This document shows, piece after piece, positions 9,710-19,428 of a DNA stretch of 64,000 nucleotides; within the stretch, counting starts at the first letter, position 1, and each line of letters opens with the position of its first letter. Position numbers and translations under genes: made by a program. Under the pieces are notes generated by a model. It saw only the letters and a list, made by a program, of their open reading frames with translations. It was not told the origin of the DNA and did no database searches. Source of the stretch: Candidatus Latescibacterota bacterium (lineage in GTDB: Bacteria > Latescibacterota > UBA2968 > UBA8231); assembly GCA_965200315.1 (NCBI GenBank), contig OZ241362.1, forward strand, positions 4,928,001 through 4,992,000, written 5' to 3'.

Positions 9710-9969
9710 ATGCAACTAACCCCCGAACAGGTCGCCCAATTCGCAGAAGACGGCTATCTGCTGCTGCGCGGCGCGTTGACCGACGCCGACATCAGGCGAC
9801 CGGGACGCCGACCGGCCGCCCCTTTCATCCCGACTTCGTGGCGCGCAGCCGCGCCAACCCCGCGTCCGAGCGGAGGGATTACGACGAATGGTGTCGGCGG
9901 TGGGTAGAGTCGCTAGCGGCCGTGCAAGGGCAGGGGATTAAGGCGCATCGGTGGGCGGTCGTCGAGTAG
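9710..9969 (+). pseudogene. PhyH-family remnant with a large internal deletion
   Basis: AGGAG RBS and MQLTPEQVAQFAEDGYLLLRGAL N-terminus joined out of frame to C-terminal QATGTPTGRPFHPDFVARS; ends parallel those of 35909-36823. Confidence 0.75.
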
Positions 9970-10546
9970 CGACGATGCGGCGGAAGGTGAGGTTGAGGCG
10001 CAGGGCGCAGGGCCGTCGGGTCTTGGGGACTTGGTGCTGCCAGTGGGCTTGGGTTGGGCCGCGCATGATGAGCAGCGCACCGTGCCCGAGGGGTATTTCG
10101 ACCGGGGGGTGGTCGCGGCGTTTGTGCCGCAGGAGGAAGCGCCGGGTCTCGCCCAAGCTCAGCGAGGCGATCGTCGGGTTGGCTCCCAACTCGGGCTCGT
10201 CGTCGCTGTGCCAGCCCATGCTGTCGCGACCATCGCGGTACTGATTGAGCAAGACGCTGTTGAAGGGACAGTCGGCGGCGGCTTCGAGCCGCGTCTTGAG
10301 GTCTAGCAGCGGCGCGGTCCACGGGCGCGGCTCTAGCGTTAGTCCCGAATAGGCGTAGTGGGCCTCCGTGGCCCCGTGCCACGCCGAAAGCCGCGGCGCG
10401 GGATGCTGGCGGCCAAAGACGACGACGTGGTGTTGTTGCCACTCAATGTCGTCCAACAGTTGCCGCATGAATTGGTCGGCCTCGGCCGGGGCCAAGAAGT
10501 CGGGGGCGTAGCGGAGGTCGCTGTCTGGGAGGGGAATGGGCCTCAT
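9938..10546 (-). CDS. AlkB-family 2OG-Fe(II) dioxygenase (ALKBH2/3-like DNA repair)
   Basis: FNSVLLNQYRDGRDSMGWHSDDEPELG, IASLSLG, WQHQVPK, RLNLTFR. Confidence 0.9.
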   Translation of the reverse strand: MRPIPLPDSDLRYAPDFLAPAEADQFMRQLLDDIEWQQHHVVVFGRQHPAPRLSAWHGATEAHYAYSGLTLEPRPWTAPLLDLKTRLEAAADCPFNSVLLNQYRDGRDSMGWHSDDEPELGANPTIASLSLGETRRFLLRHKRRDHPPVEIPLGHGALLIMRGPTQAHWQHQVPKTRRPCALRLNLTFRRIVATRRPPTDAP

Positions 10547-11442
10547 TCCACTGAGAAGCCGAGGCCGTCTAGTGCTTGGCACAGCGCGGCGCGGCCCGCC
10601 TCGTCGAACGGGACGCGGGGCGGGCGAGCAGGGCCTACGGGTAGTCCGCGCATGGTCAACATCTCTTTGACGGCCGCTAGCAGGTCAAAGTGGAATAAGG
10701 TGGAGATGACCTCGTTGGCCCGCGCTTGCAGGGCCATGGCTGGCTGGATGTCGCTGGCTTCAAAGTGTTGCCGCATTTCCACGAACAGTTTGGGCATGAT
10801 GTTGTAGGTCGAGCCAATGGCCGCGTCGCTGCCGGCGACCATACCGCCGAGGCAGATTTCGTCCGGGCCGGAGATGAGGTTAAGGTGGTCGCCGCCTAGC
10901 TGCACGAGGCGCTGGAAGAAGTAGAAATTGCTGTCAGTGAACTTGAGGCCGCTAAAGTTGGGCACGGCTTGCATGGCTTCGAGGAACTGTTCGGTCGTAA
11001 CGTCTTTGTCGGCCGTGTGGGCGAGCCAATACACGTAGAAAGGCCGGTCGGTGGCCGCGCCAATGGCGGCGTAGTGAGCGACGGCCGCTTGGAGGTCGTT
11101 GGGCTGGTCTATCGGTGCGACCGAAGCCACGGCGTCGGCACCGGCGTCTGCCGCATGCTGGGCCAATTCGACCGCATTGGCCGTGCTCGTCGCGCCGACT
11201 TGGAAGATCAGCGGCACGGCACCGGCGACCGCGGCGATGGTCGCCTCGGCCATGGCCTTGCGTTCAGACACGCTCATGGCGTTCCCCTCGCCCGTGCCGC
11301 CGCAGACGAAGAAGCCATTCGAGCCCGCGTCGATCAGGTGCTTGACGAGCGGCTCGACGCGGGCGGGAGCCAAGGCGCTGCCGTCGTCAGTGAACGGAGT
11401 GACGAGCGCGGGCCAGATCCCGCGCGCCAGTTTGTCGGTCAT
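10543..11442 (-). CDS. DHDPS/N-acetylneuraminate lyase family aldolase
   Basis: PALVTPF, GGTGEG, Schiff-base GLKFTD, AIGSTYN; real start MTDKLARG at 11442. Confidence 0.85.
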   Translation of the reverse strand: MTDKLARGIWPALVTPFTDDGSALAPARVEPLVKHLIDAGSNGFFVCGGTGEGNAMSVSERKAMAEATIAAVAGAVPLIFQVGATSTANAVELAQHAADAGADAVASVAPIDQPNDLQAAVAHYAAIGAATDRPFYVYWLAHTADKDVTTEQFLEAMQAVPNFSGLKFTDSNFYFFQRLVQLGGDHLNLISGPDEICLGGMVAGSDAAIGSTYNIMPKLFVEMRQHFEASDIQPAMALQARANEVISTLFHFDLLAAVKEMLTMRGLPVGPARPPRVPFDEAGRAALCQALDGLGFSVE

Positions 11443-11477
11443 GGTGTGTTGATCCTCTACTATTGAAATGGACGGCC

Positions 11478-12608
11478 CTAAACCACTTGGCCGCCGCGGA
11501 TGGTAGCGACCGGCTCCCAACAGCCACCGGGCCGCTCCTCGCCGTTGACATCGCACAGAGGCAAGGCCGCCTCGTTCCAGTGCAGCACCGCCAAGTCGGC
11601 GCAGGCACCCGGGGCCAAGGTGCCGACTTCGCCCTTTAGGCCCAGCACCTCGGCGGGGCGGGCCGTGGCGCGAGCGAATACCTCGGCTTCGGCCATGCCC
11701 GCAGCAATGAGCTTGGACATGGTGCGGGGCAGGTCGTGTTGGGGGCGGCTGTTGACGTGGCGGTGGTACTAGTCGGTTGAAACCGTGTCGACGAGAAACC
11801 CCTCGGCAATGGTGGCCTCGGCAATGGGAAAGCTGAAGGAGTTCATGCCGTGGCCCAAGTCGAAGAGGACGCCGCGCTGGCGGGCTTGCCATACGTCGTC
11901 GGCAATGCAGTCGCCGTCCATCAGGTTTTCGGGGAGGGCGTTGAGGGAGTAAGTCACTACGTCGCCGGGGCGCAACAGGGCGAGTTGTTCGCGGCGAGAC
12001 CAGTCGGGTTTGAGACGGGTGCCTACCAGCAGCGGTTTGCCGCTCAATTCCGCGGCCTCCAGCCCGGCGGCCATAATGGGGCGCGGGTCCAGGCCGTCGG
12101 CGCAGGCACCGCCAGTGACGGTGACGGCAATGCCCCATATACTCAGGTCGTCTGCGGCGGCTATGGAGTCGGCGCAGGCTTGGGCATCGGCGTCGGCCAA
12201 GTCGTTGAAGCAGCGCACGGGGTGGGTTTCGCCGTGTTTGCACAGGTTGATGGCCAGCAGGACCCGCGTCCGCGAGGCTTCGATCACGGTGCGGCGGTAG
12301 TCGTCTATGTTCACAGCACCGGCATCGCCTTGGGACAGGACGGTGGTGACGCCGCGCGGCAAAAAGTGGATGTCCGGGTCGATGCCAAAGCGCGATTGAC
12401 CGCGCGCTGGGTGGGCGTGCAGATCGACTAGGCCGGGCAGGAGAAGGGCGTCTGGGAAGTCGAGCACGGTGTGGGCTGATCCTTCGATGTCGGGGCCGGC
12501 GGCGACAATGCGGTCGCCGCGGATGGCCACTGCGCCGGGGCCGTCTAGGCCGCTATCCGCGCAGAAGAGCCGCGGGGCACGCACTAATAGGTCGTAGGGT
12601 TCGGTCAT
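11478..12608 (-). pseudogene. Metal-dependent amidohydrolase (dihydroorotase-like/deacetylase) interrupted by an in-frame TAG
   Basis: PGLVDLHAH, DLGHGMNSFSF, DTVSTD-TAG(11769-11771)-YHRH; the same frame continues through TMSKLI...GTLAPGACADLAV. Confidence 0.8.
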
Positions 12609-12612
12609 AGTG

Positions 12613-14964
12613 TTAGTAGGCCACGGCGATGGTGCGGAGCGCGGTGTCGTTGCCGGCATCGGCACCTAGATTGACGCGCAGGACGTACAGGCCGGGGGTG
12701 GCACTCGCTCCGTCGGCGTCGCGGCCATCCCAGGTGAAGAGGCGTTGCGAGCCTTCTGTGCTTGGGGTGAGAGCCGCTACTTGGCGTCCGGCTAGGTCAA
12801 AAATTTCCACCTGTGGCTCGCTACCCTCGACTTTGAAGGCGACGAATCGCACCTCTAGCTGGTCGTTGATGCCGTCGCCGTTGGGGGTTACGGTTGCCGA
12901 GGCCAGTTGCAGGTTGCTGATGAGCTGGCCGCTGCTGGTCAGTTCGGGCAGCATGACGATGTTGGAGCGGCGCTCGGCCGCCTCGACCGACTGCCACAGG
13001 CCCGGTACTTCGCTCGACCCTAGGTCGAGGGCAAAGACGGTGGCGTTTTGCAGCAGGCGAGTAGTGAAGCTCACTTGCAGCGAATCGCCGGAAACCATCT
13101 GCGGCAACGCGATGAGCAGCGAGTCGGCCTGCACGTCCAAGGTGGCCGGAACGACCGGTTCTGAGCCGACCAGTACCGACACGCTCTGGAGGTCAACCGG
13201 CTCGGGGACAGTGAAGCGCATTAGGTCGAAGCCGCTGTCGAGTTCGTCGGTCTCGGGCCAGAGGGTGTAGGTGAAGTGCGTGTCTTGGTTGGGGCTGGCT
13301 TCGCGGGGAGCGACGCTGCCGCGCGCGCCTTGGACTAAGGCGTTTTCGTATTCGACCGAGACCGAATTGACGGTTGGGGCGACAGCGGGGTCGTCGGTGG
13401 AGAGGATCATCTCCAACAGCATGAAGCGGCGCGGGCTATCCGACTTGAAAGACTCACCGGAAAACTGGTACACATTGCTCCAGGCGTCCCAGTCCTCGCC
13501 GACAACGAGGGTGGTGTCGATAGGGCCGCGCAGCACTTTGGGCGAACTAGTCCATTTTTCTTCGGTGATTTCTTCGCCGAGCTTATTGCGGAACGTAAAG
13601 ACCGGGGCTAGCGCGTTGCCCGAACGCGAGCGCAATTGCATTCGGGTGCCCGGAGGCAACTCGGCGTCCCAGTGCAGGGCCTTGATGACTTTGGGCCGTC
13701 CATCGCCGGCTTCCTCGCCGAGGTTGATAAAGGCCGACTGCAACTCGACTTGGGCTGGATAACCCGGAGAGAACAGTTGGATTTCACCCCATTTGGTGAT
13801 GCCCCATCCCCTACAGGTAACGCCGTGCCAGAACAGGTAGCGAGCCTTGCGCGGTGCGAATAGGTAGCGCATGTAAAGCAGGTTGTCGGCGTTGGGGGCC
13901 AGATGGGTGAAGACCTGTTCGTAATCGACGTTTTCGGGCACTTCGACGAGGGGGGCAGTGCCCGTGGCTGGGGTGCCATCGGAAAAGAGGAGGGTATGCC
14001 CCGGCCCGGTGCCAGAGATGGTAAAACCCAAGGTCCCTTCATCCGGCTGCATGGAGTAGATGAACATCTCGTCGATAAAGAACGTCGCGCCCAGGTCTGC
14101 GCGGAACCAAGTGCCGCCTTCGGCCCATTCCGACAGCGCGCCGCGACAGTCGGTGACGGTGTTGTTGGTGTTGAGGTTGGCGTCAAAGAGGTTGAAGGTA
14201 GAGCCGGTGCCATCGCCTTCGGCGAAATTGCCGCGCTGGCTGGTGCCGATGGCAATGTTGTCCCCAATGCCGATGACCTCAATCTCGGCGATGGCAGCGT
14301 CGGCGTTTTGCTCTTCGGAAATGATTTGGATGTACTGGATCAATCGGTAGTGGTTGCGTTCTGCGGGTGTTAAGTCCAAATCGGGGTCCAACACTAGCGC
14401 ACTGTCGCGGCCAGCATAGTGCAGCGGGATGAAGATTTCGGAGTCCGTGTTGGGCCGCGTGGTGCGGAAGGCTTGGCGGTAAAGAAAAAGGTCGTCCGTA
14501 GCCGCGATGCGCACGCCAGAGGTGATGAAGACTCGGAATTGGCGGAATGGACGTGCGCCCTCTTGGTCGGGGAATTTCAGGCGAATCTCGCGGGCCAGAG
14601 CCGCGCGACCTAGGTCGATGGTGATAAACCAATCCTCGCGGGCGTCGTCCGGGCGGGGTTGCCAATAGGTCGTTGGGTCGCCGTCGATGGCCCGCGGAGC
14701 ATCGGCCTCGTTGGAACCGGCTTGCCAGAGGCCGCCGGCGACGGCATCGCCCCGTTTGCGGGTCTCATGCGTGAAAAGGTGGGCATCCTCGACGAGGTTG
14801 ATATCCTTGCGAAATTTGACGACCGAGAGCTGGCCCTGCTCGCCGACTTGGACCAAGCCGAAGGGCTGTTGCCATTGGGCCCATTTCTCGGCGGTGTCAA
14901 AGGAGAGCATGTCAGCCGCAAGTGGGGTGGCTAGTGCGAGGCAGGCGATAATTGCGCGTCGCAT
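12613..14964 (-). CDS. Secreted type-A array protein: two discoidin-like domains and FlgD-Ig/T9SS-B-like C-terminal domain
   Basis: Signal peptide; AIDGDPTTYW and IDLG motifs; TPNGDGINDQL...WDGRD...PGLY...IAVAY; paralog of 17089-19422 and 21525-23870. Confidence 0.8.
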   Translation of the reverse strand: MRRAIIACLALATPLAADMLSFDTAEKWAQWQQPFGLVQVGEQGQLSVVKFRKDINLVEDAHLFTHETRKRGDAVAGGLWQAGSNEADAPRAIDGDPTTYWQPRPDDAREDWFITIDLGRAALAREIRLKFPDQEGARPFRQFRVFITSGVRIAATDDLFLYRQAFRTTRPNTDSEIFIPLHYAGRDSALVLDPDLDLTPAERNHYRLIQYIQIISEEQNADAAIAEIEVIGIGDNIAIGTSQRGNFAEGDGTGSTFNLFDANLNTNNTVTDCRGALSEWAEGGTWFRADLGATFFIDEMFIYSMQPDEGTLGFTISGTGPGHTLLFSDGTPATGTAPLVEVPENVDYEQVFTHLAPNADNLLYMRYLFAPRKARYLFWHGVTCRGWGITKWGEIQLFSPGYPAQVELQSAFINLGEEAGDGRPKVIKALHWDAELPPGTRMQLRSRSGNALAPVFTFRNKLGEEITEEKWTSSPKVLRGPIDTTLVVGEDWDAWSNVYQFSGESFKSDSPRRFMLLEMILSTDDPAVAPTVNSVSVEYENALVQGARGSVAPREASPNQDTHFTYTLWPETDELDSGFDLMRFTVPEPVDLQSVSVLVGSEPVVPATLDVQADSLLIALPQMVSGDSLQVSFTTRLLQNATVFALDLGSSEVPGLWQSVEAAERRSNIVMLPELTSSGQLISNLQLASATVTPNGDGINDQLEVRFVAFKVEGSEPQVEIFDLAGRQVAALTPSTEGSQRLFTWDGRDADGASATPGLYVLRVNLGADAGNDTALRTIAVAY

Positions 14965-14976
14965 CACAATCTCCTC

Positions 14977-17019
14977 TTAGTAGGCAATGCCCAAAGGGCG
15001 GAGTTGGGGGGCGGCGGCAAATTCCGAGCGCAGGTTTAAGGCCGTCAGGTAGAGGCCGGGCGGCAGCCACTGGCCCGTTTCGTCGCGGCCATCCCAGCGC
15101 AAACTCTGCGGACCCGCGTTCTGCAAGCCAGCCTCGACGAAGGCCACGCGCCGCCCGTCGAGGCTATAGACCTCGAGGACGACAGGCACGGGTTCGGGCA
15201 GGCGGAACAGCGAGTAGGCCACTCGCAACTCGTCGTTGATGCCGTCGCCGTTGGGCGTGAAGACCGCGGAGGACAAAGTCAGGTTCTGAATGAAGGCGGT
15301 TGTTTGCTCGGTAGCGCCGAGTACGCGCAGGCTGTTGGTCGAGAGGGCCTCGCCGACATCGGCACCGATTACAGGTTGCGGCAGGATGTCGCGTTCGCTG
15401 TCTAGTACTTCGCTTTGGAATGTGGTAGCGAATTCAAAGATCTCCGTGCCAAAGACAATGCGGATCGGTGGATTGTTGGTGCGGGTGATGCGCTCGGGTA
15501 GGCGGATGAGTAGGCCCTCGGGCTCTTGGACGACCTCGGCGGGCGCAGTTTCCGTGCGGTTCGCGCCTAGTTGCAGGCTTTTGAGTTCGGTGTGGTGCCC
15601 GGTGCGAATGCGCAGCAGGTCGAAGCCGGGGGCATTTACGGCCTCAAAATCGGCTTGGAGATCATAGACGAATTCTATGGATTCGCCGAGGGGGACTTGG
15701 GTGATCCCGCCGACAGGTTGTGGGTCGTCTAGGAGAGCGACTTCGCCGCGCACATTGGCGGCCAACAGCGGGGCGGTTTCGAGCCACAGCGAGTCGAGGC
15801 GCACGAAATCGTCGAAGGAATCGCTTTCCATGATGACGCGGAACTGCAAATAGGTGCCGTTGCGCAGGCTGATCGGTTGACCCGATTCGACGAAGGGTGC
15901 AGACCAGAAGGTCCAGTTGTCTGAATCGTAGCCGATGGACGCGCGGACGCCGGGTTTGGGCTGGCGTTCGCTCAGGTCGGATGTGGCGGTGATGCGCACG
16001 AAGCGGGTGCGCAGGGCGTTTTCGTAGTGGTCGCGCGAGACCACGCGCTCTAGCCCGGTGTCCATGTACTCGTGATAGACGGCCGGGTCGTCGTCTAGTC
16101 CGGTGCGGATTTCGATCTTGATCTGGGCCGCTGCATCGGGGGTTTCCACCGGGGTCCCATTGACCATGCGGAATTTTGTCGCCTGCCAGAACAGCCGTCC
16201 GAAATTCACCGGTTCGCCGAGGTCGGTTATCTTGGTCTTGTAGATGGTCCGTTGCGGTACCCCTTGGGCAAACAGTTGGAACTCGCTGATCGAGCCGATG
16301 AGGGCAAAGGCGACCAAGTTGTTGGCCGCGGTCAGGGTTACGCGGTCTTCGTCGAGGAGCGAAAGTCGCCGTTGGTAGCGGAAAAAGCGCAGATACTGGC
16401 GGTTGAAGTCAATGCGGACCTGCGGGACAAAATTGTTGTCAACATCGGCGATGACAGTGGAGAGCGGGTTGACATTGCCTTCGAGTACTGGGACTTCGGG
16501 CGCGACTGAGGCGGTTACCTGAAAAGCGGGAATGAAGTCCGTTTCCAGTGGGGTGCCGTCGGAGCGGAAACCCTCGCTGGGCGGGATAAAGCCGAAGGCA
16601 ACCGCCGGCACCGACACGGCCAAATCCATGGTGAAGGTTTCTTTTTGGATGAGGTCGGCTTTGGGGGGGTTATAGGTGAGAGGGTCGCCGTCGATGAGCC
16701 AAGAGCCGTTTTCCGAAGGGTCGGGCACGCCGTGGTTCCACTTCCACATCCGCGGCGTTTCGCCATCGAGGTAGTCGAAGACGCGGTCGCTGGGGTCGCG
16801 CCAGAAGGCCCAATTGTCGATGTGAGAAAAAACCGTTTCATCCAGCGTGAAGTACGTGGGCTGGATGGCACCGGGGGTGGTTGCGAAATCGACGAAGAGG
16901 CGGGTGGTGTCGTTCTCACTCCAGGATAGGCCGCTGCCGCCTAGCTGCCAGTGGGAAATCTGGGCGGTGGTGTTTTGCGCTAAAATTAGGGTGAGCAGGA
17001 CGATTGTGGCACGGCGCAT
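14977..17019 (-). CDS. Secreted type-B array protein with FlgD-Ig/T9SS-B-like C-terminal domain
   Basis: Signal peptide, WQLGGSG start, LIDGDPLTY, VNFGRLFW, TPNGDGINDEL...LGIAY; GGAGAG RBS before ATG 17019. Confidence 0.8.
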   Translation of the reverse strand: MRRATIVLLTLILAQNTTAQISHWQLGGSGLSWSENDTTRLFVDFATTPGAIQPTYFTLDETVFSHIDNWAFWRDPSDRVFDYLDGETPRMWKWNHGVPDPSENGSWLIDGDPLTYNPPKADLIQKETFTMDLAVSVPAVAFGFIPPSEGFRSDGTPLETDFIPAFQVTASVAPEVPVLEGNVNPLSTVIADVDNNFVPQVRIDFNRQYLRFFRYQRRLSLLDEDRVTLTAANNLVAFALIGSISEFQLFAQGVPQRTIYKTKITDLGEPVNFGRLFWQATKFRMVNGTPVETPDAAAQIKIEIRTGLDDDPAVYHEYMDTGLERVVSRDHYENALRTRFVRITATSDLSERQPKPGVRASIGYDSDNWTFWSAPFVESGQPISLRNGTYLQFRVIMESDSFDDFVRLDSLWLETAPLLAANVRGEVALLDDPQPVGGITQVPLGESIEFVYDLQADFEAVNAPGFDLLRIRTGHHTELKSLQLGANRTETAPAEVVQEPEGLLIRLPERITRTNNPPIRIVFGTEIFEFATTFQSEVLDSERDILPQPVIGADVGEALSTNSLRVLGATEQTTAFIQNLTLSSAVFTPNGDGINDELRVAYSLFRLPEPVPVVLEVYSLDGRRVAFVEAGLQNAGPQSLRWDGRDETGQWLPPGLYLTALNLRSEFAAAPQLRPLGIAY

Positions 17020-17088
17020 GATGGCTCTCCTTCCCGAGGGAGGCATGTAATATAATGAGCGGCAAGCAATTGTCCTATTTGCGGCAGA

Positions 17089-19422
17089 TTAGTACGCCAC
17101 GGCGATGGTGCGCAGCGCCGTATCGTCGCCAGCGTCAGCGCCTAAGTTGATGTGGCAGAGGTAGGTGCCGGGCGGCACGAGGTCGTCTTGAGTGGTGAGT
17201 CCGTTCCAAGTAAAGACGTGAGCCACGCCGTCGATGGTGGGAGGAGCTAGCTGGGCGATGGGCCGTCCGGCGAGGTCGAAAATGCGCACTCGGGGTGTGC
17301 GTTGCCTGACCTTGAAGGCGACGAAGCGGATAACCACTGAGTCGTTGATGCCGTCGCCGTTGGGGGAGAGCACTGGCGGGGAAATCGAGAGGTCGTCGAT
17401 GAGTTGGGTCGTGCCGGTCAGGTCGGGCAGCATGACGATATTGGCGCGGCGCGTGATGGGTTCGACCGATTGCCACAAGTCTGGATGGCTGCTCGAACCT
17501 AGGTCGAGACTGAAGAGCGTGGCGTTGTGTAACACGCGGGTGGTGAAGCTGACTTGGACGGAGTCGGCGCTGATTGCGCGGGGCAGGCCGATTTGTAGGG
17601 TATCGGCGCTGATGTCGATGGAAGATGGCTCGACCTGAGTGCTGCCCACGCGGACTTCGACCGCGGAGGCCTCCGAGGGTAGGTCAAAGCGCAGCAGGTC
17701 GAAACCCGCGTCCGCGGCATCGGCGGCGGAGACTAGGGTGTACGTGAAGCGGGTGTCCTCGTTGGGCTGGGCGACTTTTGGGGTGATCAGGCCGCGTGCG
17801 CCCTGCAACAGCGCGTCCTCGTACTCAAGCGATAGTGCGTCAATCGCCGGGGCCACCTGTGGATCGTCGGTTGAGAGGATCAATTCCAACTGCGCGAAGC
17901 GGCGCGGACTTTGCGACTTAAATGCCTCGCCGGAAAAGGTGTACGCCTCGCTCCATCCATCCCAGTCTTCGCTGACCACGACGGTGGTGTCGATTTTTCC
18001 CCGCAGCACTTTGGGCAGGCTGATCCATTGCTCCTCGGTAATCGGCTCGCCGATCTTGTCGTGAAAGGCATAGACTTCGCCTTGGGTATTGCCCGAGCGC
18101 GAGCGCACTTGCAGGTGCGAACCGGGCGGGATGTCGGCGTCCCAAGAGAGACGGCTGATGACTTTGGGCCGCCCGTCGCCAGCGGCCGCGCCGAGATCGA
18201 TAAAGTCCGAGCGCATGATCACTTCGGCGGGATGGCCCGGCGAAAACAGCATCAGTTCGGTCCAGCGCGAGCCCCAGCCTTGGGGGGTGTGGGCGTGCCA
18301 AAACATGTAGCGGACTCTGCGCGGTTGGAACAAATAGCGCAGATAACGCATGGGGTTGAGGTCGGGTTGGTTGATGAGGGCGGCGAAGTCGAAGGATTCG
18401 GGGATGGGGAGTTGAGAGCTGATGACGCGGGTGCCGTCTGAGTGGAGAAAGGTAAAGCCGCGCGGAGGGCTGGCCACGGAACCGACCGTGCCTTCGCGCG
18501 GCCGGAGCGCGTACAGGAAAAGCTCGTCGATCCAGAATACGGCTCCTAGGTCGATGAAAAACCAAGTGCCCTGATCCTCCCAAGTGCGGACGCGGCCCTC
18601 AAAGCCCACGGGCAAAATGGAACTGGCAGTGTTCATGTCGCCGTCGAGGATGTTTTCGGTGGAGCGGGCGGTGAGTCCGTCGATGATGCTGCCGCGGCGG
18701 TCGTTGCCCAAGCTGACGTTGTCGCCGACAGCCATGACTTCGATCTCGGCTAGCGCGCCTTCAGGATCAAAGTCTTCAACGGTGAAATTGATGTACTGGA
18801 TGAGGCGGTACTGGTTGAATTTTTCTAGATCGACGGCGCGGCCGGAGTCGAGGACTTGGGCGCTGTCTTGGAGGTCAAAGGCGAGGGGGAACGAGAGCGT
18901 GGTGTCCCGGTTGGGTCGGGTCGTGAGATAGACCGGGCGAAAGATAAAGAGGTCGTCGAGGGCGTCGGAAGTGATGCCGGTGGCGGTGAAGACTGTGAAC
19001 TGGCGGAAGGGACGAGCGCCTTCTTGGTCGGGAAAGTGCAGGCGGATCTCTTTGGCCAGCACGGCGCGACCGAGGTCAATCTGCACGAACCAGTCGCCGA
19101 GCGCGTCGTCGGGAGAGGCCTGCCAGAAGGTCTCGCGGTCGCCGTCGATGATTCGCCTAGCCGCGGTCGGGTTGCTGCCGGCTTCCCAGATTCCGCCGCG
19201 CACGTTGGCACCGCGCGAGCGGGTGCGGTGGGTAAAGTGGGGCGCGTCGGCTACGGCGTTGATGTCCTTGCGGAATTTGACTAGTCGCAACCGACCGCCA
19301 TCGTCGAACTCGATCAGGCCGTAGGGCCGCTTCCAAGTGGACCAGCTAGCGGCGCTGTCGAAGCGGAATTCCGCGGCCGCGAGAGCCGTTGCCGAACAAA
19401 GGACTGAAAGCAGCAGGCGCAT
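17089..19422 (-). CDS. Secreted type-A array protein
   Basis: Same architecture: IIDGDRETFW, FPDQEGARPFRQF, SPNGDGINDS...IAVAY. Confidence 0.8.
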   Translation of the reverse strand: MRLLLSVLCSATALAAAEFRFDSAASWSTWKRPYGLIEFDDGGRLRLVKFRKDINAVADAPHFTHRTRSRGANVRGGIWEAGSNPTAARRIIDGDRETFWQASPDDALGDWFVQIDLGRAVLAKEIRLHFPDQEGARPFRQFTVFTATGITSDALDDLFIFRPVYLTTRPNRDTTLSFPLAFDLQDSAQVLDSGRAVDLEKFNQYRLIQYINFTVEDFDPEGALAEIEVMAVGDNVSLGNDRRGSIIDGLTARSTENILDGDMNTASSILPVGFEGRVRTWEDQGTWFFIDLGAVFWIDELFLYALRPREGTVGSVASPPRGFTFLHSDGTRVISSQLPIPESFDFAALINQPDLNPMRYLRYLFQPRRVRYMFWHAHTPQGWGSRWTELMLFSPGHPAEVIMRSDFIDLGAAAGDGRPKVISRLSWDADIPPGSHLQVRSRSGNTQGEVYAFHDKIGEPITEEQWISLPKVLRGKIDTTVVVSEDWDGWSEAYTFSGEAFKSQSPRRFAQLELILSTDDPQVAPAIDALSLEYEDALLQGARGLITPKVAQPNEDTRFTYTLVSAADAADAGFDLLRFDLPSEASAVEVRVGSTQVEPSSIDISADTLQIGLPRAISADSVQVSFTTRVLHNATLFSLDLGSSSHPDLWQSVEPITRRANIVMLPDLTGTTQLIDDLSISPPVLSPNGDGINDSVVIRFVAFKVRQRTPRVRIFDLAGRPIAQLAPPTIDGVAHVFTWNGLTTQDDLVPPGTYLCHINLGADAGDDTALRTIAVAY

Positions 19423-19428
19423 CAGACG

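Noticed and set aside
10543-12243. 566-aa ORF as a fusion protein
   Set aside because: The Arg-rich N-terminal part is an alternate frame of the amidohydrolase; the aldolase starts at 11442
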